From the human T2T-CHM13v2.0 reference genome, Homo sapiens: a stretch of DNA of 64,000 bases. Made by a program: the position numbers and the translations under genes. The DNA lies in NCBI RefSeq assembly GCF_009914755.1, contig NC_060925.1, one strand, 5' to 3'. This document shows positions 45,869 to 59,699 of this stretch, piece by piece; the stretch's first letter is position 1, and the number at the start of each line of letters is the position of its first letter. The notes below the pieces were generated by a model. That model was not told the origin of the DNA and did not search any database. It was given only the letters and a program-made list of their open reading frames with translations.

Positions 45869-46106
45869 CGACCCCGATAACGTGGTGTTGTGCCTGCTGG
45901 CGGCGGACGAGGACGACGACAGAGATGTGGCTCTGCAGATCCACTTCACCCTGATCCAGGCGTTTTGCTGCGAGAACGACATCAACATCCTGCGCGTCAG
46001 CAACCCGGGCCGGCTGGCGGAGCTCCTGCTCTTGGAGACCGACGCTGGCCCCGCGGCGAGCGAGGGCGCCGAGCAGCCCCCGGACCTGCACTGCGTGCTG
46101 GTGACG
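45869..46106 (+). CDS. GADD45A: GADD45A coding exon 3 (238 nt)
   Basis: Acceptor cag|C; [45 protein letters not shown]...DLHCVLVT (L7Ae/Gadd45 fold); donor gtaagg. Confidence 0.98.
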
Positions 46107-46293
46107 GTAAGGGACTGGGGGACTGCAGCCTGCAGGGTAGAGCCCCGGAAGGACGGGAGTCAGGGCTGGGTTGCCTGATTGTGGATCTGTGGTAGGTGGG
46201 GGTCAGGAGGGTGGCTGCCTTCGCCCGACTAGAGTGTGGCTGGACTTTCAGCCGAGATGTGCTAGTTTCATCATCAGGATTTTCTGTGGTACA

Positions 46294-46313
46294 GAACATG
46301 TCTAAGCATGCTG
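46294..46313. promoter_or_regulatory. p53 response element in GADD45A intron 3
   Basis: GAACATGTCT AAGCATGCTG, two RRRCWWGYYY half-sites with no spacer (19/20 match); the classic GADD45 element. Confidence 0.97.
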
Positions 46314-46342
46314 GGGACTGCCAGCAGCGGAAGAGATCCCTG

Positions 46343-46349
46343 TGAGTCA
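46343..46349. promoter_or_regulatory. AP-1 site next to the p53 element
   Basis: Perfect TGAGTCA about 30 bp downstream of the p53 RE. Confidence 0.75.
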
Positions 46350-46958
46350 GCAGTCAGCCCAGCTACTCCCTACCTACATCTGCACTGCCTCCCGTGACTA
46401 ATTCCTTTAGCAGGGCAGATTAGATAAAGCCAAATGAATTCCTGGCTCACCCCTCATTAAGGAGTCAGCTTCATTCTCTGCCAGTCAGAGCTAAAAATAG
46501 AAATTGTGTAGGAGACAAACCTTGTTAATTCCCTAGAAATACATTAAGAGGATAGAGTGGAATTTTTTTTCTCTGCAATCTTGCATTTTTTTAATGGCTC
46601 TTTTTTTTTTTCCTGATAAAAACCTTTGGTAGGTAGGGAAGTTATGTTTTCAGGGGTAAATGTGCTACTTTTGTCTTCTAAATTTTGCTCTTTTTTGACT
46701 GGTCTAGTCAAGTGACAGCCCGATTATTTTGCTACTCCTTAAAAGTACTATTCTGTCTCTTGGAGTATGGTTGATGGCAATTCCAGTTAACTGCTGTGCA
46801 GCTCTCATCTCATTGTGCACACAGCATGGAAATCTTTCTCAAAACTGTTTCACTCAGGTCAGGGTAACAAGTTTGGTAGAGCAAACCGGTGAATGATACT
46901 CTCATGCAAAACTGAACAGATATGCAAACATATGTATGTGGTTCAGCTTGGGTTGCAT

Positions 46959-46971
46959 GGGTTCAGACTTT
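46959..46971 (+). promoter_or_regulatory. Possible ZBRK1 (ZNF350)/BRCA1 repressor site
   Basis: GGGttCAGacTTT resembles the GGG..CAG..TTT motif reported in GADD45A intron 3, with spacers shorter than the consensus. Confidence 0.5.
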
Positions 46972-47179
46972 GCAATGTGTAGTTTAATAGGTAATTACCC
47001 TTAACGCTTTTGCAGGGAACCCAACTACCTTGAAGAAACTTTAATTTTTTTGTGCTTCTAATTTGTCTCCATGTCACATAGCCAAAATATAGAATGTTCA
47101 AGTGTTTTCTCCTCAAAAGTATAATTACTAGAATATACTGGTTTTTAAAATAAGTTTATTTTTATAAATTTGTTTCCAG

Positions 47180-47293
47180 AATCCACATTCATCTCAATGG
47201 AAGGATCCTGCCTTAAGTCAACTTATTTGTTTTTGCCGGGAAAGTCGCTACATGGATCAATGGGTTCCAGTGATTAATCTCCCTGAACGGTGA
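47180..47293 (+). CDS. GADD45A: GADD45A coding exon 4
   Basis: Acceptor ccag|A; NPHSSQWKDPALSQLICFCRESRYMDQWVPVINLPER*; total CDS 44+102+238+114 = 498 nt, 165 aa. Confidence 0.98.
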   Translation, partial: NPHSSQWKDPALSQLICFCRESRYMDQWVPVINLPER

Positions 47294-47826
47294 TGGCATC
47301 TGAATGAAAATAACTGAACCAAATTGCACTGAAGTTTTTGAAATACCTTTGTAGTTACTCAAGCAGTTACTCCCTACACTGATGCAAGGATTACAGAAAC
47401 TGATGCCAAGGGGCTGAGTGAGTTCAACTACATGTTCTGGGGGCCCGGAGATAGATGACTTTGCAGATGGAAAGAGGTGAAAATGAAGAAGGAAGCTGTG
47501 TTGAAACAGAAAAATAAGTCAAAAGGAACAAAAATTACAAAGAACCATGCAGGAAGGAAAACTATGTATTAATTTAGAATGGTTGAGTTACATTAAAATA
47601 AACCAAATATGTTAAAGTTTAAGTGTGCAGCCATAGTTTGGGTATTTTTGGTTTATATGCCCTCAAGTAAAAGAAAAGCCGAAAGGGTTAATCATATTTG
47701 AAAACCATATTTTATTGTATTTTGATGAGATATTAAATTCTCAAAGTTTTATTATAAATTCTACTAAGTTATTTTATGACATGAAAAGTTATTTATGCTA
47801 TAAATTTTTTGAAACACAATACCTAC

Positions 47827-47832
47827 AATAAA
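47827..47832 (+). terminator. GADD45A: GADD45A distal polyadenylation signal
   Basis: AATAAA followed about 25 nt later by GU/U-rich ttattgtgtgctcttgtttcttt; a second AATAAA lies at 47597-47602. Confidence 0.88.
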
Positions 47833-49021
47833 CTGGTATGAATAATTGCATCATTTCTTATTGTGTGCTCTTGTTTCTTTTAACTTGTACTTTATTAAAC
47901 ACATTTTACTGACGCTTTGCTCTATACCAGGTCTATAATCAGAAAGCAGGTGATTTAAAGGAGTTGGAGTTGTCAGGAAAAAGGGATGGTTAGAGATTCA
48001 GCTTGCAAAATTTGAATAATTAAAGATAAATGATATTAGCGCCGTAATAAGATTATACACAAAATGTTGAGGAGGCAGAGAGGACAGAGTGACTAAAGTT
48101 ACCTACCAGTTTTTACTGAAGAGAGATCATTTTATGTTGGTCTTAGTGAGTTTTATTTCCCTAGTTACAGAGGGCAAAGGGATATTGCTAGCAGCTGCAT
48201 TAGTTTGTGCAAAGGTGTGGAGGCCTGAAAGACCACAACCAGGTCAGTAAAAACAGAGTGATTGTGTGTGTGCCTCTGGTGTAGAAAGATAAGGGAGCAG
48301 CGGGGCTGAAAAGGAAGGTGGGGATTAGGCCCAGGCTGTGAAGGCATTCTGTGTTACCCTTATGCATTTGGGCTTCCTTCTGTAAACTTCAGGCAGATAG
48401 CGGAGCCCCTGAAGGAAGTGGCATGATCAGTGTTCTAGGAAAGTAACACCGGGGTCTGTGAAAGATGATTATTGGGATGAGCAGCTGTAGGTGACAAGGC
48501 CAGTTAGGAAGTGACTAAGAATCCAAGGCTGTGCATTTTGCAGAACCATTTTTACAGAGCAAACAGGGAAGTGGCCAGGCAAGGTTTTTTGCTGCCCCTA
48601 GTCTCTTCCTAAAGCTTTGTGCTTTCCAGCTGAACATTTCTATGGTTCTGAGGGGTCTGCTTAAATTCTATCAGATGGAATAGATGGCAGAGAAGAAAAG
48701 CAAAAGAAAAGTCTTCAGTAGAACAATCATTTTTAGTTAGAACAGTCACTTGATAATTAACTCCAACAATCTTGTAGGCATAGACCAAAGAAAGCAAAAA
48801 TGCTTATGGAGGCAAGGCCTAGCCTTGCTTTTGTCCACAGGAATTTTCTTGTCCTATTTCTCAAACCGTCCCCCTTATGACTCCCCTGCCATCTGTCTTT
48901 CATCCTAGTCATGACTACATACAATCAGAAGAAAGGGTAGGGAAAACCCACTAATAGCAACAAAAAGCTCCAAGTTTCTGCATATATTATGAATACATAG
49001 CTCCATGAGCCCTTCACCTTG

Positions 49022-49164
49022 CAAATGACTCTCTTTTCCCACATCTGCTAGAAATGTGGGGTTTTAGGCCTTGTTTAGGCTTCTTGTATCTTTTCACAAG
49101 TGACTTTTTCTACATCTGCTAGAAATGTGGGTTTTTAGGCTTATTTAGGCTTCTTGTATCTTTT
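49022..49164. repeat. Diverged tandem duplication, period about 71 bp
   Basis: acatctgctagaaatgtggg...tttaggcttcttgtatctttt starts at 49041 and again at 49112. Confidence 0.9.
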
Positions 49165-52164
49165 TAAAATCCAGTGCCCACTCCAAAACATAACTGGTAT
49201 TTAATATTTGTTTCTTACATTACCAAAAGATTGAGAGCAGTGAGTTTTAAATAGCAAGGTGTTTTGCCTTCCCATTGAAGTAAGGTTTTTTTCAGCCCTT
49301 TTTCACAACGATTTGGTAAGAACCCTCTTGCAGAGATGAATGAATTAAAGTGGAGACACACAGTGGATAAAGCTGGTTTGCTTAGTGGAACGAGCACAGT
49401 AGCAGCTAGCCTTGATTAGTCCTTCTTCATCCTGTTTTACTCATGTAAAATGGAGATAAGATTACCTATCTTGCAGACTTGTGGCCTCTCCTACAACTCT
49501 GCAACCTCCCTCAAGGCAGGTAATGTCTGGTTCATTATTGTAGCCCAGTAGTGGACACAAGTGCCAGCAAGCAGTAGGTGCTGAATTAATATTTATTGAA
49601 TAAATGAATGATTAGAAATAATGAATACAAACTACCTGGCACATGATAGGTGCTCAATGGAGTGTGGCTGTTTCTAAAACCCAGGTGATAGCAATAGGAA
49701 AACTTAAGGCATCAGAGAGATCTGTGTTATGACATGTACATCTATATAACTATGTTTTTCAAAAAGAATTTTTGATCTTTATTCTAAATTCATAATGCTT
49801 AGAGATATGTAATAGTACTTATACATTCTTCAGATTGTTTTGAGGAAAATCTCAACAATTACTGTAATGCCATTTGGTTTCTTCAAAAATTTTAAACTCT
49901 TGTTTTTCTTTCCTGATTGAGCATAACATAAAGTTAACACAGCATTGAAAAACCCAATCATGAAACAGTTAATTTTAAACAAATATAAAATTACCTGGAT
50001 GGCTTCTATCTCTAATTGATGCAAATATTCTTTAGTCATTGCCTTAAAAACCATTAAATGTACTTATTGCAAGCTACGTTACAACAAGAACAGAAATCCC
50101 CTCATCTACCTAAGGTGTATTGAATGTTGAAAAGTGGAAAATACCTAATTTTTCCACTGGCAACTTCACCTCAGTGTCATAAATAGCATTGCTTCCTCCT
50201 TTCCACACTTAACCTAGGATCTTGGTAAGTTAAACTTTTATAATGAAAGGACCCATGAAAGTAGCTAATCTCCTATAATACATACCTTAGTTCCCAAATA
50301 AAGAAAAAAGGGTCATTTTTTAGGAAAGAATTATTTGTATACTGTCAATTGAAATATTTCCAAAGCATGTTTTGAGATGCCTTACTGGAGCCCTTGTGAA
50401 ATAATTGCTTAATTTTCATTTATATAGGTAGAATTTTATTCTTTGATATGTGGTAAAAGACTGAAATTTGGGAGATAAGTTCTCTTCAAATGAACAAAAC
50501 TCAGTGGCATGATTTGACACCAAGTAAGTATCCCTCAAAGAAGTGAATACTTTTTTTCTTTTTAACAATACTTTGGTAAACATAAGAACCTCTGTGAAAA
50601 GGTCGTATTCATGAAAACCACCAAGAAATATTAAGTGAGTGCTTACTGTGGACAAGGGACTATGCTGGCTATATTGAAGTCTACCAAAAAAAAAAAAAAA
50701 AAAATCAGACACACACTCTGGCCTCAAGGACTTCGTATCACTACATAAATACAAAACAGAAAATTACCAGCAACGTAAGAAAGGCCCAGAGAGCTGTTCT
50801 GGAAGTTCAAAGGATAGAAATCTCCAGAAGGCATATAGGAATGGAATGGAGAAAAAGGTTGTAAACTCTTTGTTCATAAGCTAGCATCGTATTTTGCAAA
50901 CCACAAAAATGTGATCGATTGATTGAATATTGAATATAATTTTGCTAGGTGCTATGAAGAATACAAAGATGTAGCCTATTAGAGCATTTCTCCTTAAGTT
51001 GACAATCTATAAGGAAATCATTAAGCACATTAAAAAAAAGATAAGCTTGTTCATTTCAATCATGCTGCTTATTGAATGCCTATCATTTTCCTGGCACTAT
51101 GTTAGGTCCCAAGGCCACAAAGGTGAAAAAGCAGCCACCTTTAAGGATATGTACAATTTAGTAGGGATACCTGATACCTGTAATACTAGGTGACAAGTGA
51201 TAATGAGGTATATTCAAGACCTAAGTGTTCCTGGGGCCAGGGAATGTTTGCCAGGTTCAGTGAGACCTGAAAGATGAAGAGATCTGCCAGGTGAATGTGA
51301 AGGGCATTTACTCCAGGAGGAGGAACTATAGCTCAGGAAGGTACACACTGAAGGCATGTTTGGAGCTAGCTTTTGGGTGACAGCAACACTCATACAAGAT
51401 TTACTACATCCTGAGCACTGATCTAAGCCTTTTATCAACAGGAACTCATTAGCACTCTCAACAACCCTGTGGGAGTAGGTACTATTATTAGCCCCATTTT
51501 GAAGGTGAAAATACTGACACACAGAGATCTTAAGTTGCCCAGAATCATACTGTAAGTGGCAAGACCAGGATGCAAACATGTCCTCCAGTGATGGGTGATG
51601 GAGTGGGAAAGATGGTAGAAACCAGAGAATGATTTTCCGGCAGGCCAAGCTTCTTTTCTACTAGATGATAGAAAGCCATTAAAATTAATTGGTAAAACTA
51701 AGAGAAGAGACAGATGCTGTCACCACCAAGAGACAGACAATGAAAAGATGATGCTATAGCTTACAAAGTCCTAATGTGGGGGTGGAAACTGGTAGCCAAG
51801 AGAAATTTGGATCACACAATATATAACAATTTTTAAAGATCAGTTGTAAACATTTAAAAATGGGAAAATTTCTTAGCAAAATCCAGACTTTTATTGTTTC
51901 TTGAAAATGTGCTATACTGGCAACCGTAGGTCCATACTGCGTGGTGGCAATTCGCTGGAGCCAATAGGAGGCCCCTCCCTTTTGGACTTGGATTTCCAGT
52001 TTGCCACAGACCTCACCCCTCCCTGTTATAACTCTAGTTTGCTGGACTCATGTAAGCTTCCCTCCCTCATCCTATTAGGCATCTGAGATCCACCCTTCGC
52101 CCCCACCCCACCGACTCAGACTGGGGCTTAGAATCTTCCTGTGTAAAATGAAGTGTTTACACTA

Positions 52165-52390
52165 TCAGAATTTCTCAAACTGTTTGGATGAAATAAGGCC
52201 CTGAGGTGCTTGTTAAAAATATAACTTTCAAGAGCCATTCCCAGAAGCTTTAGATTAAGTGGGGCTGGAATAAGGCTCAGAATTTATTTTTCCTGATTCA
52301 AGCCCCAGAAAAAGAAAAAATTATATATATATGTATATGTTTTTAACAAGTAATTCAGGTAATTCTTATAAGGGAAGTTTGAGAAATAAT
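52165..52390. mobile_element. MER5-like hAT-Charlie relic
   Basis: Inverted ends tttctcaaact / agtttgagaaa and core gcttgttaaaaat. Confidence 0.65.
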
Positions 52391-52792
52391 GAATGCTCTC
52401 TCGGAGCTCTCTTTACAAATCTCAGGGATTAGGTAGGGAGAAGCTTCTACATGGTCAGTTTCCAGTTTCCCTTGATGTTAGCCCACCAAAAGGGATGCAT
52501 ATTTCTCTGCAAAAATTGCAGGGATTCCCATGAAGAGGTGTACCAGAACCATTTGCTACCTGGAGACAGATAATTTTCAAGTTAACTCAGGTGATCACTA
52601 CACAAAAGGTGGGAGAGTCTGCAAACAGAATGGTTCTTACCTCTCCTTGAACCGACAGATCAACACACCTGTTATGTGCTAGACATGGTGCTAGGCACTT
52701 TGAAGACGAGGGAGAAGCTGACAAGCATGATTAAAATCTGTTATTGTTATACTATGAGTACTGCTCAGTGTCAGGCACACAGTCGGTGCTGA

Positions 52793-53138
<346 letters not shown>

Positions 53139-53808
53139 ACTTCCATTTTTCTTACAACCACTAGTACTTTCTGCCTTTCATGGATTTTCACATTCATTAA
53201 TTCATTTGATTCTCTGCTAAAGCAACTGAGGCTCAGAGCAATCAAGAGACACCTCCAAGGTCCCATGACAAGGAAGTGGAAGAATCAGAATTTTACGGTG
53301 AATTCAGTCCTCTTGATGCTAGGTCAGTCTCTCAAAGAGGCCAACCAGACAGCAGAGATTAGACTGGGGAAGGATGAAACTAATTGAATCGAATCTTTTA
53401 CTTATCCAATAAGTGGGGCAGAGCCTTGGGAAATCTAAAGGAGACAAAAAACACTCAAGGGAGAATTCTAAGAATTGTCTTCTTTCATCTTAGAACTGGG
53501 AAAGTTCTAAGCATCATTGAAAAGTTGATCTTTGTGTCCCTGCATGCTTTTATGCTAATATCTTTTCTAGAATTGTCTGAGAAAGAATTTATACAGAAAA
53601 GCAGCAAACTTTCTTAGTATCATCACTTAACACATGATTATATCACCATATTGTAATCATCTTACCATCATTGAAATAAGCACTCAGCAAGAAATGGGTC
53701 ATCTGGAGGTCTTCTGATTTGATTTTGCTTCTTTATATAACTGTGAAGGACAGGGCTAGCAAAAGATAAGAACAAGAGTACAGCAGTTAAGACAGTGGCC
53801 GCCACTCC

Positions 53809-53960
53809 AGGCCATTGTCTTAATACCAGCCTGTAATACTAGCACTTTGGGAGGCCTAGCTGGGAGGCTTGTTTGAGGCTAGGAGTTTGAGATCAGCTTG
53901 GGCAACATAGCAAGACCCTATTTTTGTAAGAAAGAAAAGAATAACAAAAATGAAGAAAAA
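53809..53960 (+). mobile_element. FLAM/AluJ monomer
   Basis: Degenerate left monomer with A-rich tail. Confidence 0.75.
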
Positions 53961-54622
53961 AGACATTGGGTTTTAGAGGCAGAAAGACTTGAGCTTGAAT
54001 CCTGGATCCTAGCTGGAACTTGGGAAAGTTAGTGTAACTCTCGAAGCCTCAGTTATTTCTCCTGTAAAACTGGGGAAATAAACAAGGCTTATATCATCGG
54101 GTTATGGTGAAAAGGAAAGGAAACAATGCATAGAAAGAACCTAGCTCAGTTCCTAGAAGCAGTCAATATATGTAAGCTAATAATAATTGCATCTTCCATG
54201 AACTGGTGATTTTCTATGCCTGTTTATATTCCATTAATATTTAATTGTTCTGTTTGCAAATTAGTTATATAAGTAAAAAAAAAAAACCACCCAGTAAACT
54301 ACATAGCCCAACATAACTGAATTCAGCAAGACACCATCCAATTAAATTATGTTAATTTTCACTAATCTAGTTTCCCCTCTCCATTTCCATTAACTTAATT
54401 TAGTTCTTTATCTGTCATTTAGGCTATCAGAACAGTTTCTGTTCAAAATCAAGGTTGTGAGAACATAAGTACCGTGTATCAAGTACTGTGCTAGAGCTTG
54501 CTCCATAAAGATGATTGTGACACAGTTGCTACATGCAGTTTGCTATAGGAACTATAGGAAGCTGACAGACACAGATAATTTTCAAGCCAGAGTGGTGTCA
54601 CGGCAAGCATGGGTATGCACAA

Positions 54623-54633
54623 TGTGTGTGTGT

Positions 54634-54681
<48 letters not shown>
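54623..54681. repeat. (TG)n microsatellite
   Basis: About 29 units with one interruption. Confidence 0.96.
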
Positions 54682-54683
<2 letters not shown>

Positions 54684-55081
54684 GGGGTGGTCAGGAAACC
54701 TTCCAGGAGAAGGTGATGCTTGATGTGACTCTTGAAGAGCATTTAGGAGCTCATTGGGGTGAGGGGTGTGGCATGTGTGGGGCTCTGTGGTGTTTGTTAG
54801 GGGATTAAGTATTTAAGGAAGGGAGTGGAGAAAGGCAGGCTGAGGAGGTAGACAGAAACAGATCACAGAGGATGTAAATAGGGGGTGGGGTTGGAGGAGA
54901 GTGATAAGGGTTTGGAATGGAAAGGAGTTGAAGAACTAATAAAAGAATAGTGAATACCACCCTCCACTCCCTACTCCCCACAGAAATTAGAAACACGACC
55001 TCCAGTTTTTCTTCAGTAGTTTATTTTCCTTGTTCATTCTAATTATCTTCATGTCAAGACCATGCTTAAAAATCTCTTACC

Positions 55082-55391
<310 letters not shown>

Positions 55392-56608
55392 CTACCCTTC
55401 CCCCCATATAATTCAGTACAAACTCTTGGCCTTTGATTATTTGACCCAACTTTCCTTCCCAGCCTTGTCCACATTCTCATTCCCATACTTCCGTTGCAAA
55501 GATCTCTGTTGCTCTAACACTCCAGGCTTCCTTAGATCTTGGGGCTTTTGCATACACTATTTTTCACTGCTGAGAATATCCTTTCCCTATTCTTTACCAA
55601 CAAACTCCTACTTGTTCTTCAAAGTTCAACTAATATATTATCTCTTCTATGAAATCTTTTCTGACTCATTCAGGCAGAACAATTTCTTATGATAGCATTT
55701 ACCATATTGCATAGCAATTTATCTGTTTATTTCCTACTGCCCCTGCACCTGTTACCCCCACTCCCACTATCCTTGTGTTTTCTGGGTTTATCCTAGGACA
55801 TACCTACCACAGTGCTAGTAGGAGCTCAACAAATAAATAAATTTCTCTTTGTTCTGTTTCTATAAACCAAACGCACTGTCATTCATATTTAATGTTTGAG
55901 TGGGCTATTTTTCTTTTTGTAGTTATGTTTTATGAACTCATAAGGTGCTACTGACACTTTAAGTTTGTTAAAGAACTTTGCTCCTTAATTCTATTAGTGG
56001 TAGGCTGTCAATATTCAAAATGCTTTTCTATAATTCATTTTTCCTTAAAATTCTTTATAGACCTGTTGATGAGCCAGTAGCTGAAGTATCAGGAGGTGAT
56101 TCTTTAAATATCTTTTAAATACCTATAATTATACACAACAAACCCACGTGCCCTCCTCTGGCTCCATACGCTAGACTTTGGTTCTTCTCCTGATTTTCAA
56201 TTCAAGGAGGAAAATGTACAATGACTTGGGGTGGAGATGGCAAGAGGGTTGATCTCCTCTCAGATTTACAGATTTATATACAATTTAAAGCTAGAGGAAA
56301 TGTTAAAAATTACCTAGCCTAAATCTTTTTTTTAAAAGTGAATGGGGAAGTAGAATCAGAGATCATAAGTGTCCTAAGGTTGCACAGTAAATGAGTAGTA
56401 ATCAGTCCAGAACATGCATTTCCTGATTCCAAGATACGTATTCTTTCTCTTACGTCACACTGGCTACCCTGAAAAATGGTTTTCTGAAAGCGTATCCAAT
56501 ATACTTTTGGATCTCTCCAGGCTTCTATTTCCTCATATGTAAAGTAGGAATAATAGGAGTAGCTGTTTCCTGGATTTGTTGTGAGAATTAAATGAATTAA
56601 CAGATGCA

Positions 56609-56945
56609 GGCCAGGTGCGGTGGCTCATGCCTGTAATCCCAGCACTTTGGGAGACCAAGGCGGGTGGATCACCTGAGGTCAGGAATTCGAGACCAGCCTG
56701 GCCAACATGGTGAAACCCTGTCTCTACAAAAAATACAAAAATTAGCTGGGCATGGTGGTGCATGCCTGTAATCCTAGCTACTTGGGGGGCTGAGGGAGAA
56801 GAATCTCTTGAACCTAGGATGCGGAGGTTGCAGTGAGCCCAGATCTTACCACTGCACTCCAGGCTGGGCAACAGAGCAAGACTCTGTCTCAAAACAAAAA
56901 CAAAAACAAAAAACAACCACCACACCCCCACCAAAAAAAAAATAA
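56609..56945 (+). mobile_element. AluSx-like element within a MIR
   Basis: Dimer; TSD aacagatgca. Confidence 0.9.
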
Positions 56946-57553
56946 ACAGATGCAAAATGCTAAGAACAGTACCTAGTCATAGTAAATGCCTGAAATATAG
57001 CACTGTTTATTCTTAAGGCCCAGGGTATTACACTCATGATTAGTAAAGGACTTACTTGTTTACCTTACCTTTTACTTAATCTAACAATTACCAAAGTTAC
57101 TGTTTGTTTGTTTTCCCTTATTCAAACCATACTACAAATATTAAGATAGTCCATGGGCTGTACAATCTGCCTGGGTGTATGTTCTTAGGACCCACCCTTT
57201 TATGTTGTTGGATCTAGCACAATTTTCTTAACTTCTCTGAGCCTCAGTTTCCTCATCTGTAAGATGGGGTTAAATCACATCTACTTTCCTTTAAAGAGTT
57301 GTTTTGAGGCTTCAATGGGAGAACACATGCACAATGCCCAGCCTAGTGTCTGGAGTTCAGTGTTCCTCATTGCCTTGCACAGATGTCTACAAATGTTGAC
57401 AGATGTTGCATGGCCAGTGTTGAAACGTACATACCTCACCAAGGTCGGATCTAAAATGTTTATTTAGAACAAAGCACTTCTAGTGCATTGGCCATGGGAA
57501 AATTTTTCAAGGTTAAAAGTAGAAATGTGAACCTGTCTGCTTTACATGGGTGA

Positions 57554-57848
57554 TTTTTTTTTTTTCTTGAGACAGAGTCTCACTCCGTCGCCAGGCTGGA
57601 GTGCAGTGGTGCAATCTCGGCTCACTGCAAGCCCCGCCTCCAGGTTCGCGCCATTCTCCTGCCTCACCCTCCCGAGTAGCTGGGACTACAGGTGCCCGCC
57701 ACCACGCCCGGCTAATTTTCTGTATTTTTTAATAGAGATGGGGTTTCACCGTGTTAGCCAGGATGGTCTTGATCTGCTGACCTCGTGATCCGCTCACCTC
57801 GGCCTCCCAGAGTGCTGGGATTACAGGCATGAGCCACCGTGCCCGGCC
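57554..57848 (-). mobile_element. AluY element
   Basis: Antisense dimer; TSD tacatgggtgatt. Confidence 0.92.
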
Positions 57849-58420
57849 TACATGGGTGATTCTTGGAGCTGATTCCCAAAGGGGATGCTTGTCTTTTTAC
57901 TTGCTTGTATTGTAGGGCTTCATGACAATTTTTTCCATATCCAAATCAAAGGCGTGCTATTACATACTTATATTTTAAAAAATACAAATTGGCTTACTTT
58001 TTATTTAAATCTATTTTAGAAGGAAACTTTCTATCACAACTTGTGCTAGTTCTGGTTTTCCTAATACATATAAAACTACACAATTAGTAAAATGTTAAAA
58101 AATTAACATGTGTATTACCTAAATCTCACATGCCAACCTTTACTTAAGGTCGGGGACATTAATGAACAAGTCCGTCAGTGCCTGGCTTAGAGGAGGTAGC
58201 ACTGCCCACATTTGTTCAGGGAGTGACTGCTTTAGGCTTGCCCTAGTACACAAATTTATGGATCCATAGTGCCCTTGTGATGTCACATAGTTGGCGAATG
58301 TCTTCTGTTAGGACCATATTTAAGGTCATTTAGCGGATAATGCCCTCCTATCACTAAGCAGGGTGTATGTGTGGAGGGGTGGGAGGTGGTTGGCTCTAGA
58401 GATCACAAGTAGTAACGTGG

Positions 58421-58708
58421 GGCCGGGGCAGTGACTCACACCTGTAATCCCAGCACTTTGGGAGGCCAAGGTGGGTGGATATCCTGAGGTTAAGGGTTTG
58501 AGACCAGTCTCACTAACATGGCGAAACCCTGTCTCTACTAAAAATACAAAAAAATTAGCCGGGCGTGGTGGCACATGCCTGTAATCCCAGCTACTTAGGA
58601 GGCTGAGGCAGGAGAATTGCTTGAATTTGGGAGGGGGAGGTTGCAGTGAGCCGAGATCACATCACTGCATTCCAGCTTGGGCGACAGAGGGAGACTCGGT
58701 CTCAAAAA

Positions 58709-58751
<43 letters not shown>

Positions 58752-58760
58752 AAATAAAAA
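58421..58760 (+). mobile_element. AluS with (TAAA)n tail
   Basis: Dimer followed by (taaa)n. Confidence 0.9.
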
Positions 58761-59324
58761 GTATCATTGTGCACATAGATGTCTCAGCTGCAAATGTCTT
58801 GGACTTACAAACCTGGCATCTTCCATTATGGATGTCAACCATTTCAGTTAAGTGCTTTCATCATTCAATAGATTGTCTAGGAGGATTTAAAGGGTATAGG
58901 AATGCTTCATATGTACAATTAATTCTCAGTGATGCCTAAACTTTACTATGAACTTCCATTTCTTTGTGCTAAGTATCACTCTCTCCAGAGTTGTATTTGA
59001 CAGTGCCAGTGGTCCTCCACAGGCCAATATATTAATTCATTTGCACATTAGCATAAATTTACTTGGACTGCATTTTCCTCCAGGGCAGAAAAAGTTTTTG
59101 AAAAAAATGGGCAATTGACGTGAGGGTTCCTTTGACTAACTGCACGTTGCCCAGGGCTGGCCTAAAGTTAAACGACCTTCATGGATTTAAATGACTCAGA
59201 TAAAGAGAAAGTAATTAGGGTAACAGAGGGCTCATCTGAAGGCAAAAGTTATTTGCTACTCACAGTGGTAAAGGGGTACAGTAGCAAATATGGTCACGCT
59301 CTGAAAACAAGCACAAGGCCCTAG

Positions 59325-59699
<375 letters not shown>

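Larger units (their letters stand above)
44440..46260. promoter_or_regulatory. GADD45A: CpG island over the GADD45A promoter to exon 3
   Basis: Abrupt GC- and CpG-rich block against AT-rich flanks. Confidence 0.93.
44719..47855 (+). other. GADD45A: GADD45A gene span (approximate TSS to distal poly(A) site)
   Basis: TSS placed about 100 bp after the first octamer; no ATG in the 5' leader; end placed about 20 nt after AATAAA at 47827. Confidence 0.9.

Noticed and set aside
44429-46299. Many long ORFs (up to 207 aa) on both strands over the CpG island
   Set aside because: Expected from stop-codon scarcity in GC-rich DNA; only the spliced GADD45A frame matches a protein family.
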